Source of the DNA: Blastocystis sp. subtype 4
Taxonomy: Eukaryota
DNA length: 53,485 bases
Assembly (NCBI RefSeq): GCF_000743755.1
Contig: NW_014569512.1
Coordinates: 1 to 53,485, forward strand
Direction of reading: 5' to 3'
Positions within the stretch are counted from its first letter, which is position 1; each line of letters starts with the position of its first letter. A program made the translations under genes and the position numbers. Below are positions 53,255 through 53,485 of the stretch, one piece after another. The notes below the pieces were generated by a model that had not been told where the DNA came from, did no database searches, and saw only the letters and a list, made by a program, of their open reading frames with translations.

Positions 53255-53404
53255 TGTAGATCTTTGATTATTTACACGTAATTAGACTTTGGAGAAACAG
53301 TAGATGTGGTATTTCTGTGTGTAGAGTTGCTAATCTATTCAGTACAGTATCTCACAGACTAGATAGTTCCATTCCTTCCAACAAATACAATCTTCACAAC
53401 TTCC

Positions 53405-53485
53405 TTATTCCTCTTCAGCCATAGCAGCCTTCTTAGCAGCAATACGCTCCTTGCGTTGCTCGAGAGTCAGCTTCTTGGGATGAGC
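53405..53485 (-). CDS. RPL5: 60S ribosomal protein L5 (uL18), C-terminal fragment
   Basis: AHPKKLTLEQRKERIAAKKAAMAEEE* resembles the eukaryotic L5 C-terminus. Confidence 0.75.
   Translation of the reverse strand, partial: AHPKKLTLEQRKERIAAKKAAMAEEE

Overview
Gene-dense eukaryotic nuclear DNA, most likely Blastocystis (stramenopile). Most genes are split by ~28-33 nt GT-AG introns, intergenic gaps are tiny, and a TGTTTGTT-like element sits 4 nt past many gene ends, in several cases where poly(A) appears to complete the stop codon. About 22 protein genes were reconstructed by hand splicing: giant MIB-HERC2/HECT ligase, MORN/LRR protein, MOB, MO25, RING ligase, NFU1, a ~2,150 aa AbpF-like protein, gamma-tubulin complex protein, NDP-glucose 4,6-dehydratase, H2A.Z, tandem-PHD protein, SelT-like, TruB-like, SMYD, AP-2 sigma, eIF4E, MFS transporter, long-chain acyl-CoA synthetase, AGC kinase, POLD3, aminopeptidase P and the 3' end of RPL5. 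There is also a tRNA-Lys(UUU). Best findings: (1) a composite box C/D + H/ACA scaRNA-like gene inside an unusually long last intron of NFU1, with three antisense elements matching U5 snRNA loop 1; (2) three ~40-nt U12-type introns ending AT-AC, AT-AT and AT-AG with the branch motif fused to the 3' end; (3) an unexplained ~310-nt fold-back element with a minus-strand G-U bias. All exon boundaries and family calls are by eye, without database searches.
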